Source: Candidatus Ratteibacteria bacterium
Lineage (GTDB): Bacteria; Ratteibacteria; UBA8468; B48-G9; JAFGKM01
Assembly: GCA_046296715.1 (NCBI GenBank)
Contig: JBKBIN010000028.1
Span: 3,702-18,450 of the forward strand
Direction: 5' to 3'
DNA: 14,749 bases
This document shows, in pieces, positions 1 to 7,174 of the stretch. The translations under genes were made by a program, and so were the position numbers. The first letter of the stretch is position 1. Every line of letters begins with the position of its first letter. The notes under the pieces are model-generated. The model saw nothing but the letters and a program-made list of their open reading frames with translations, was not told the DNA's origin and made no database searches.

Positions 1-101
1 TCTTTTTCTTTTCTCTTTCTCTCTTTCTCCTCTTGTTTCTTCCTTAATTGCTCCTGTCTTTCCTTCTCTTTCTCCTGTTTCTCCTTTTCTTTTAATTCTA
101 A
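1..101. repeat. Direct repeat, copy 2 (cut by the window edge)
   Basis: Encodes LELKEKEKQEKEKERQEQLRKKQEEKERKRKEK, versus LELKEKERQEKEKERQEQLRKKQEEKERKRKEK in copy 1. Confidence 0.95.
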
Positions 102-701
102 TTGTGCTTTATATTCCTGTTGTTTTCTCTTCTTTAATTCTTGCTTTTCTAATAATAACCTCTCCCTTAATCTATTGTTCTCTTCTACTTTCTTCTTTAA
201 TAACTCTAATATCTTCTCTCTTTTCTTTAATCTTTCTTGTCGTTGCTTTTTGGCTTGCTCTAATCTTTTCTCTTTCTCCTGCTGTCTTTCTTTTAATAAT
301 TCCTGCTTTCTTCTTTCTTTTTCCTTCTTTTCCTCTATCTTTCTTGCTAACTCTTCTTTCTTCTTCTCCTCTAACTGCTTTTTTAACTCTTCTTTTTCTT
401 TTCTCTTTCTCTCTTTCTCCTCTTGTTTCTTCCTTAATTGCTCCTGTCTTTCCTTCTCTTTCTCCTGCCTCTCCTTTTCTTTTAATTCTAAATATTTTTT
501 TCTTTTTTCCTTTTTTCTCTTACTACTTAATATAAATGCTTTATCTGCTTCTTCAGGTTTTTTTTCTTTTTTTACATCTTTATCAGGCCAATTGTTTTTC
601 TCCTTAATTTTTTTTGAGATTTTTTCTTTATAACTCAACCTTTCCCTTCTCTTTTTATTAATAAATTCAATAAGTTTCCTTTTTTTATCTTCTCTACTCA
701 T
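1..701 (-). CDS. Lys/Glu/Arg-rich predicted long alpha-helical (SAH/coiled-coil) repeat protein, partial (runs off the left edge); unknown function
   Basis: Hand translation from ATG at 701 (SD-like GAGGG upstream, 2 nt after the stop of the preceding gene) is open to position 1, 233 codons: MSREDKKRKLIEFINKKRRERLSYKEK...LELKEKERQEKEKERQEQLRKKQEEKERKRKEKEELKKQLEEK... It is absent from the ORF track because there is no stop in the window. Confidence 0.9.
   Translation of the reverse strand, partial: MSREDKKRKLIEFINKKRRERLSYKEKISKKIKEKNNWPDKDVKKEKKPEEADKAFILSSKRKKEKRKKYLELKEKERQEKEKERQEQLRKKQEEKERKRKEKEELKKQLEEKKKEELARKIEEKKEKERRKQELLKERQQEKEKRLEQAKKQRQERLKKREKILELLKKKVEENNRLRERLLLEKQELKKRKQQEYKAQLELKEKEKQEKEKERQEQLRKKQEEKERKRKEK
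391..491. repeat. Direct repeat, copy 1 (start of a putative 390-nt unit, 491-102)
   Basis: 391-491 matches 1-101 at 99/101 positions (468-469 cc vs 78-79 tt). The 390-nt offset is in frame. Confidence 0.95.
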
Positions 702-703
702 AA

Positions 704-1450
704 TTATCCCTCTTTTTTCTCTGTTTTCAATATTATTGCGTTTAAATCTATATTTGCTTTATAAAGATTTTCAGCAACTGGTTTAATTTCAACATTTTCA
801 ACTGTAAAATAAGAAGATGGATTATCAAAATATTTAATACATCTGATTATCTCATTACTTGTTCCTGTTACACTTAATTTAATAGGAATTTTTTCATAGA
901 ATGCTTCTTTTTGAGGTATACCATATTCAGGTTGCGAAATATAAGTGACTCCAGAATCAATCACTAATTTTACAAGGTCTTTAATCACTTCAAATTGTAA
1001 TGTGTATATAGGAATTTGATTTACATCAACAAGACCTGTTTTTTGAAATCCAAAAGAAGTTGGAATATTAACATTTCTTATCTTTGCCATCTTTTTAAGT
1101 TTGTCTTCTGAGGAATAAACATATTCTTTAAATTCTATTGAAGGATATCTTGTAAATTCTGGTGGAGAGGGATATAATGTAGAAAAACTATTTAACATAA
1201 TTTCAAATTGTTTTTCAAGAAATGCTTTTTTCTTGTTCAATTTGCCAATCATTTCAGGTGATGGTGCTTTTTCCTTTTCCGTTTCATACTTTTTTACTTC
1301 TTCATATTTTGTTTTAATTTCATTTTCTATCTTTTTTATTTCTGCATTGATTTTCTTATTTAAAAATTGACCACCAATTATTATTCCAACTATAAATATC
1401 AACGAAAAAATTAACGAATACTTTCTAAAAAAATTAAAAATTTTTTTCAT
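704..1450 (-). CDS. PilO-like / Amuc_1100-family pilus assembly protein
   Basis: N-terminal TM (YSLIFSLIFIVGIIIGG), then a coiled coil and the segment EFKEYV..KLKKMAKIRNVNIPTSFGF..QFEVIKDLVKLVIDSGV, which resembles the Amuc_1100 family as I recall it. C-terminal PilO/GspM-like pattern (IPIKLSVTGT..FTVENVEI). 4-nt overlap with the PilM-PilN gene. Confidence 0.7.
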   Translation of the reverse strand: MKKIFNFFRKYSLIFSLIFIVGIIIGGQFLNKKINAEIKKIENEIKTKYEEVKKYETEKEKAPSPEMIGKLNKKKAFLEKQFEIMLNSFSTLYPSPPEFTRYPSIEFKEYVYSSEDKLKKMAKIRNVNIPTSFGFQKTGLVDVNQIPIYTLQFEVIKDLVKLVIDSGVTYISQPEYGIPQKEAFYEKIPIKLSVTGTSNEIIRCIKYFDNPSSYFTVENVEIKPVAENLYKANIDLNAIILKTEKKEG

Positions 1451-3159
1451 TTTAAGTTCAATAATAAGGAAAATTCAATTTTATTCTTTTCTTCGCGAAC
1501 CTCACATAAAGTTATTTCAACTTTTTGAATAAAATCAAGTTTACTTAATCTGTCTACAAAATTTTTGAAATCTTCAAAAGCAGTTTTTATATCTCCTATA
1601 ATAATTTCTCCAAAAACAGTATATACATTTCCACTTTCAACTTTAACTTCTTTTTGCGATTGTGAAGGTTGAGGTTGCATTTCAGGACCTGGTGATGGTT
1701 GAGGAAGTTGTTGTATTCCTTCTGGTGAAGGACCTGGTTGTCCAGGCGGCATTTGTTCTGGTTGTAAAAATTGTTGTTGTGTTGCCGCACCTTCTGTTGA
1801 AGTCCCTGGGATTATTGATGTAATATATATTTTACTGCTTGGTAATGTTTCTCCAATAGATAAAACCCTTTTTAACCATATATTTTTCTTATCAAGTATA
1901 TTCTTTACAATTCCAATTTTTCCATTAATTTCGCTTATTTCTTTTTCAAGTTTCTCCACTTCTGGTTTGTATTTTTCGTATTGACTCAATGAAACCTCTA
2001 TTTCTTTCAGTATTCCATCAAGCATTACTTTGTCTTGATTATAAAAAAGTATTGGTGTAATTGATAACATACCTGCCATTATAACTGATAGATAAATATA
2101 AGGTCTATTTGCTCTAAACTCTTTTGTTCTTTCTATTTCTTCTGGTAAAAAATTGATATTTATAAATAAGGGAATAATTTTTCTTAATCCAATTCCTATA
2201 GCAGTAACAAGTTCAACATCCCTTTCTTTTAGATAATCATATTCAGGGACAACTTCAATACTCTCAAAAGGTTTAAAATAATAAACGGGTATTCTTCCTT
2301 TTTCTTCTAAGTATTCTTTAAAACCTTTTAATAAAGAAGTGCCACCACATATAAATAAACTTTCAAGTTCTGGGCCTTTCAAAGTAAATCTCCAATAATC
2401 TATTGAATTCTGTAACTCTGTATTAAAACTATCAAGAGTAGTTAAGACCGATTTGTTTTCTAATCCTTTTTCTTTTTTAATTTCTTCTGCTTCAGAAAAA
2501 GATATTCCTTCAACATCTGAAATATTTGTTGTAATAGTATTCCCTGAAACAGTTAAAGATCTTACAAGAAATTTTTCTTTGTGAACTATTATTAAATTTG
2601 AAGAATTGGCACCTATTTCTATTAAACCAAGACATTTTCCTCTGTCTAAATTTTTCATAAATAATAGTATATTTATAAGTGCAAAATGGTCAGTATCAAG
2701 AAAAAAAGGTTCTATTCCAAGTGAAGTAATCTTTCCAATATTTTCGCTTAAAATTTCTTTTTTTATTGCACCAAGTAAAACATTATAATTTTGTTCTGTT
2801 TCTTCAAAAATTTGATATTTCCAACTAACAACTTCCAAGGGAAATGGAATTTGCTGTTGAACTTCATATTTAAGAATATCTTTCAATTTTTTAATAGGAA
2901 CTTTGGGAATAGATAAACTTCTTACAAGAACACCTCTCCCTGAGATAGAAACATAAAAATTTCTTGCTGGTAGTGATTTAATAAAATTTTTACCTTCTGT
3001 TCTTAGAAAACTATCAACTTCTTCTGGAGGAATATTTGAGAGATTAAGTTCGTTATAATAGGTTAGAGTTATTTTATTATCAATATATTCAAGATCAATT
3101 ACTCTTATTTTTGTGGAACCAATATCTAAAATTAAACTTTTTTTCCCTCCAAATCTCAC
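1447..3159 (-). CDS. pilM: Type IV pilus assembly protein PilM fused to a PilN-like domain
   Basis: Actin-fold motifs LDIGS, IEIGA and CGGTS, and the PilM signature EVQQQIPFPLE. These are followed by the PilN N-terminal motif INFLP, one TM helix, a coiled coil and a PilN-like C-terminus. GTG start with AGGGG SD. Confidence 0.9.
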   Translation of the reverse strand: MRFGGKKSLILDIGSTKIRVIDLEYIDNKITLTYYNELNLSNIPPEEVDSFLRTEGKNFIKSLPARNFYVSISGRGVLVRSLSIPKVPIKKLKDILKYEVQQQIPFPLEVVSWKYQIFEETEQNYNVLLGAIKKEILSENIGKITSLGIEPFFLDTDHFALINILLFMKNLDRGKCLGLIEIGANSSNLIIVHKEKFLVRSLTVSGNTITTNISDVEGISFSEAEEIKKEKGLENKSVLTTLDSFNTELQNSIDYWRFTLKGPELESLFICGGTSLLKGFKEYLEEKGRIPVYYFKPFESIEVVPEYDYLKERDVELVTAIGIGLRKIIPLFININFLPEEIERTKEFRANRPYIYLSVIMAGMLSITPILFYNQDKVMLDGILKEIEVSLSQYEKYKPEVEKLEKEISEINGKIGIVKNILDKKNIWLKRVLSIGETLPSSKIYITSIIPGTSTEGAATQQQFLQPEQMPPGQPGPSPEGIQQLPQPSPGPEMQPQPSQSQKEVKVESGNVYTVFGEIIIGDIKTAFEDFKNFVDRLSKLDFIQKVEITLCEVREEKNKIEFSLLLNLK

Positions 3160-3193
3160 CTTTTACCCCTTAAATTATGTTTTTAATTACAAA

Positions 3194-3265
3194 TTGCGGG
3201 GGGCCGATTCGAACGGCCGACCTCCAGGTTATGGGCCTGGCGAGCTACCACTGCTCCACCCCGCA
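3194..3265 (-). tRNA. tRNA-Met(CAT), initiator (fMet)-type; CCA not encoded
   Basis: Folds as TGCGGGG TG GAGC AGTGGTA GCTC G CCAGG CCCATAA CCTGG AGGTC GGCCG TTCGAAT CGGCC CCCCGCA A. The GCGGGG acceptor stem and A11-U24 pair are fMet-like. Confidence 0.96.
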
Positions 3266-3274
3266 TTAAATTTT

Positions 3275-3303
3275 ATATTATCAATTTATTCGTTACTTGT
3301 CAA
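3275..3303 (-). promoter_or_regulatory. Sigma70-type promoter for the tRNA (and possibly the pilus genes), overlapping the zapA 3' end
   Basis: TTGACA (3303-3298), 17-nt spacer ending in TGA (extended -10), TAATAT (3280-3275). Confidence 0.75.
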
Positions 3304-3585
3304 GTCTTTCAAAGCTAAAAAAAGATAATTTTCAATTTCTGTAATCTTTTTCTTAATTTTATTTTTAATTTCTTCTTCCTTTAATAAACTTTTCTTTAAG
3401 TTATTAATAGTTTCATAGAGTTCTAAAAGATAAAAAATAAGGATATCAACTTTGTCAAATGTTTTGTATTCTGCCTCAAAATTTTTATATTTTTCATTTA
3501 TCTCTTTTGCTATCTTATTTATTTCAGAATATGGTAAGGAAGAATGAATTGTATAGTTTTTTCCAAGAATATTTATTTTATACAT
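3286..3585 (-). CDS. zapA: Cell division protein ZapA
   Basis: 99 aa. N-terminal KINILGKNYTI beta hairpin, helix INKIAKEINEK and C-terminal coiled coil. Lies immediately after pheT, a common context. Confidence 0.8.
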   Translation of the reverse strand: MYKINILGKNYTIHSSLPYSEINKIAKEINEKYKNFEAEYKTFDKVDILIFYLLELYETINNLKKSLLKEEEIKNKIKKKITEIENYLFLALKDLTSNE

Positions 3586-5569
3586 TTTTTCCTCTTAGTA
3601 TTGCATTAAATTTATTCTCAATCGTTTCAATAATTATTTTTTCAAATCTATCAATTTCATCTTTTTCAAGTGTCTTTTCAGAAGAACGAAAAACTATAGA
3701 AAAACTTACACTTATTTTTCCAGATGGAATATTTTTACCTTTATATATATCAAATGCTTCTAATTTATCAATTGGTAAATCTAATTTTTTAATTGTATTT
3801 TCAACTTCTTTCCAATTTATATTTTCAGAGAACAAAAATGAAAAGTCCTTCTTTGAAGAAGGGAATTTAGGTAATTGCTTAAATTTTTTATCAAAATTTA
3901 AATATTTTAGAAGTTTATTAACAAGAATTTCACAGATATACACCTCGTCATTTATTTTATAGAAATCTTTTAATTCATTCAGAGGGATAAATAAATTCCC
4001 AATTTTCTCATCAGAAAAGTAAATATCACAGTTACTTCCACTTTCTGCCAAAAAGTAATCATTTTTAACATATCTTAATTCACTTAGTCCACATTTTTCA
4101 AAAAAACATTCAACCTTTCCTTTAAAATCAAAAAGATTATTACTATTTGAAGAAATAAGCATAATAGAGTTTAACTCTCTATAGTTATTGGCTTCTTTTA
4201 TGTAAATTTTCCCTAATTCAAATATTTCAATTTTTTTATTTTGATGAGAGATGTTATACTTTAATATCTCAAACAGATTAAAAATTAAAGAATTTCGTAA
4301 ATAAGAAAAAGATTTGGTTAAAGGATTTTCTATCTTTATTGCGTCAAGATTAAACCTTTCAACTACTTTATCGGAAATAAAACTTAAACTTATTGTTTCC
4401 CAAAATCCAAGATTAACAAGAACATTTTTTATCTTTTTTATTACCTCATAATCAGAAGTTAATGAAAAAGGTTTTAAATAAGTAACAGGCATTTCAGAAG
4501 GAATTTCTGAATATTTTTTATATTTTGCAACTTCTTCAATAATATCAATTTCTTCTTTTAAATCTTTTCTATATTCTGGAATTTTTAAAATTAAATTATC
4601 GTTATCCAGTTCATGGATTGAAAAGTCATCCCTGTTAAACAAGTTCTTTACAAATTCTTTTTCTATTTTTATGCCAAGAGTTTTTTCAATATTTCCTAAA
4701 TTTACATGTATCTTGTTTTCAGAGATAGTTTGTTTCCCTGCAAAATTTTGTTTTCCTACTTCGCCTCCGCAATATTTTTTTATCATTATAGTTGCTCTTT
4801 CTAAACCATTTTTAGCAAGAGAAACACTTAATCCTTTTTCAAATCTTAACGATGCTTCAGTAACAAGTCCAATTTTTTTACTTCCTTTTCTTATTACAAT
4901 AGGATTAAAATATGCACTTTCTATCAATATGTTTTTTGTGTTGTATGTTACTTCAGTATTTTTCCCTCCCATAATCCCTGCAATAGCAATTGGTTTTTCT
5001 TTATCAGCAATAATTAGAACATCTTCTACATCCCTTTCTTCACCATCTATTGTAATTATTTTTTCTCCTTTTCTTCCTCTTCTTATAATTATTTTTTCTT
5101 TTATTTTGTCTAAATCAAATATGTGAAGTGGTTGACCAATTTCACACATTACAAAATTAGAAATATCAACAATAAAGAAAGAACTTCTAAAATTAATATT
5201 TTCAAGTAGTTTTCTAAATTCTTCAGGAGAGGACTTATTATTTACATTTTTTATTATCCTACATGAGTAGTAAAAGCAATCATTTTCATTTTCAATTTCA
5301 ATTGGGAAAAAATCAGAAGATTCTTCTATTTCTTCTTTTTTAAATTCTTTTAATTTTTTTTTACAGAATGGTATAATTTCTCTCGCAATACCAATAAAAC
5401 TGAGTAAATCCGGTCTATTTGCTGGTATTTCAAGTTCAAATATAATATCTTCTTCGTCTTTTTTTATTATTTTTGGATTTAAACCAAGAATATTCAAATA
5501 ATTTATGAAATCTTCCTTTTTTATTTCTCCATCAATATAATTCATAATTGTTTTATATGTGTATCTCAT
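3578..5569 (-). CDS. pheT: Phenylalanine--tRNA ligase beta subunit (short form lacking the B2 OB-fold)
   Basis: ANRPDLLSFIGIARE, GQPLHIFD, IAGIMGG, ASLRFEKG, YRKDL..EIDIIEEV, and C-terminal B8 domain (SFSIVFRSSEKTL). Follows pheS. Confidence 0.97.
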   Translation of the reverse strand: MRYTYKTIMNYIDGEIKKEDFINYLNILGLNPKIIKKDEEDIIFELEIPANRPDLLSFIGIAREIIPFCKKKLKEFKKEEIEESSDFFPIEIENENDCFYYSCRIIKNVNNKSSPEEFRKLLENINFRSSFFIVDISNFVMCEIGQPLHIFDLDKIKEKIIIRRGRKGEKIITIDGEERDVEDVLIIADKEKPIAIAGIMGGKNTEVTYNTKNILIESAYFNPIVIRKGSKKIGLVTEASLRFEKGLSVSLAKNGLERATIMIKKYCGGEVGKQNFAGKQTISENKIHVNLGNIEKTLGIKIEKEFVKNLFNRDDFSIHELDNDNLILKIPEYRKDLKEEIDIIEEVAKYKKYSEIPSEMPVTYLKPFSLTSDYEVIKKIKNVLVNLGFWETISLSFISDKVVERFNLDAIKIENPLTKSFSYLRNSLIFNLFEILKYNISHQNKKIEIFELGKIYIKEANNYRELNSIMLISSNSNNLFDFKGKVECFFEKCGLSELRYVKNDYFLAESGSNCDIYFSDEKIGNLFIPLNELKDFYKINDEVYICEILVNKLLKYLNFDKKFKQLPKFPSSKKDFSFLFSENINWKEVENTIKKLDLPIDKLEAFDIYKGKNIPSGKISVSFSIVFRSSEKTLEKDEIDRFEKIIIETIENKFNAILRGKNV

Positions 5570-5571
5570 TT

Positions 5572-6588
5572 TTAAAATTGCTCTAAAAATCTTAAATCAT
5601 TATAGTAAAAATGTCTTATATCATCAATTCCATATTTTAGCATTGCAAGTCGTTCAACACCCATTCCAAAAGCAAAACCAGTATAGATTTTAGTATCATA
5701 ACCAACATTTCTGAAAACATTTGGATGAACCATTCCGCAACCAAGAATTTCAAGGAATCCCGTATTTCCACAGGTAGAGCATCCTTTTCCTTCACATATT
5801 ACACATGATATACTTACTTCTGCACTTGGTTCTGTAAAAGGGAAATAAGATGGTGAAAAAACAACCTTTACTTCCTTTTTAAAAAATTCATAAATAAAAT
5901 AAGATAAAACTCCTTTTAAATGTGTAAATTTTATATTTTTATCAACCATAAGACCTTCAATTTGATGAAACATTGGACTATGGGAAGAATCAAAAGCATC
6001 TCTTCTAAAACACTTTCCTGGAGCAATAATTCTTAAAGGAGGTGGATATTTTTCCATAATTCTTATTTGAACAGGACTTGTATGAGTTCTTAAGAGAATA
6101 CTTTTTTCTCTTTCTAAATAAAAAGTATCCCATATATCTCTTGCTGGATGTTCTTCTGGTGTATTCAAAGCAGTAAAATTATAATAATCTGTTTCAATTT
6201 CAGGTCCTTCTGCAATTGCAAAACCCATTTTGTAAAAAATTTGAACTATCTCATCTATTATTTTTGTTATAGGATGAAGATTACCCACAATAGTTTTTTT
6301 ACCCGGCAAAGAAAGATTATATTCAACTTTTTTCTTTTCTATTTGTGATTTTGTTTTTTCATATAACTCTATTAGATTTTGTTTAATTTCATTTAATTTT
6401 TTCCCACATATTACTTTTTCATCTTTTGATAGAGAAGAAATTTGTGAAAAAAGTTGATTTAAATACGATTTTCTTCCAAGAAATTTTATTCGCCACTTTT
6501 CTAATAAATCGTTATCCTTTATCCCTTCAATTTCTTTTTTTCCTTCTTCTAAAAATTTTTCAACATTTTCAATAATTTCCTTTAACAT
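5572..6588 (-). CDS. pheS: Phenylalanine--tRNA ligase alpha subunit
   Basis: HPARD, LLRTHTSPVQIR, HSPMFHQIEG, YFPFTEPSAE, GFAFGMGVERLAM. Confidence 0.99.
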   Translation of the reverse strand: MLKEIIENVEKFLEEGKKEIEGIKDNDLLEKWRIKFLGRKSYLNQLFSQISSLSKDEKVICGKKLNEIKQNLIELYEKTKSQIEKKKVEYNLSLPGKKTIVGNLHPITKIIDEIVQIFYKMGFAIAEGPEIETDYYNFTALNTPEEHPARDIWDTFYLEREKSILLRTHTSPVQIRIMEKYPPPLRIIAPGKCFRRDAFDSSHSPMFHQIEGLMVDKNIKFTHLKGVLSYFIYEFFKKEVKVVFSPSYFPFTEPSAEVSISCVICEGKGCSTCGNTGFLEILGCGMVHPNVFRNVGYDTKIYTGFAFGMGVERLAMLKYGIDDIRHFYYNDLRFLEQF

Positions 6589-7174
6589 ATAGCCCTTTCT
6601 TTTTTATATATTCAATAACTTCATCAGGAATTAAATATTTTACCGATTTATTCTCAAAAATGCAATTTCTTACATAAGTAGAAGAGATGTCTATGAAAGG
6701 AGAAGAGATAATTTTATAGTTTATTGGATATTCTATAGAAATGTCTTTTTTATCGCTTCTTCTTGCAACTAAAAATACAACTTCTTTAACAAGTTTTTTT
6801 GCTTTATACCAATTTGGTATATCATAAAAAGAGTCTTCTCCAACGATTAAGAAAAAATTGGTTTGAGGAAACTTTTTTTTCATTTCAATTATAGTTTCAT
6901 ATGTATAACTCACTTTATTTTTTACTATTTCAATATCACAAATTTTGAAAAATGGATTATTTTTTATTGCTATTTCTACCATGTTTTTTCTTTCAATTGG
7001 AGAAGCATAAATTTTTTTTTTGTGTGGAGGGATACCGCAGGGAATAAAAAAAACACATTCAAGATCAAATTCTTCTCTTGCTCGTTCTGCAATAATTAAA
7101 TGTCCATAATGAATTGGATCAAAAGTTCCACCAAAAATACCAAATTTTTTATTCTCTAATTTGTCCATTTCCAT
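6569..7174 (-). CDS. nadD: Nicotinate-nucleotide adenylyltransferase
   Basis: GIFGGTFDPIHYGH, PPHK, SYTYET, IVGED, ISST. The start could instead be the ATG at 7168. Confidence 0.97.
   Translation of the reverse strand: MEMDKLENKKFGIFGGTFDPIHYGHLIIAERAREEFDLECVFFIPCGIPPHKKKIYASPIERKNMVEIAIKNNPFFKICDIEIVKNKVSYTYETIIEMKKKFPQTNFFLIVGEDSFYDIPNWYKAKKLVKEVVFLVARRSDKKDISIEYPINYKIISSPFIDISSTYVRNCIFENKSVKYLIPDEVIEYIKKKGLYVKGNY

Noticed and set aside
306..424. Pure polypyrimidine tracts (306-336, 387-424) suggesting triplex DNA or a microsatellite
   Set aside because: Fully explained by runs of GAR/AAR/AGR codons on the coding strand.
1..491. Repeat considered as a CRISPR array or mobile-element terminal repeat
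   Set aside because: Only two copies of >=101 nt, in frame within a CDS; no repeat-spacer periodicity, and no cas or transposase genes.
104..633. Plus-strand ORFs 104..535 and 175..633 resembling hydrophobic membrane proteins (F/L/S-rich)
   Set aside because: They are antisense shadows of the purine-rich K/E/R gene on the minus strand, which has the SD and operon context.
1596..1790. 64-aa alternative-frame ORF inside pilM-pilN
   Set aside because: By-product of the Q/P-rich low-complexity segment; no recognisable protein features.
3160..3215. tRNA 3' end as an integration site for the pilus genes
   Set aside because: I saw no duplicate of the tRNA 3' end and no integrase in the window, and no obvious compositional shift.
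3113..3328. 71-aa plus-strand ORF
   Set aside because: Antisense read-through of the tRNA gene and the ends of pilM and zapA.
5760..5810. CxxC-x4-CxxC cluster in PheS (CVICEGKGCSTC)
   Set aside because: A common insertion in many bacterial PheS proteins; not novel.
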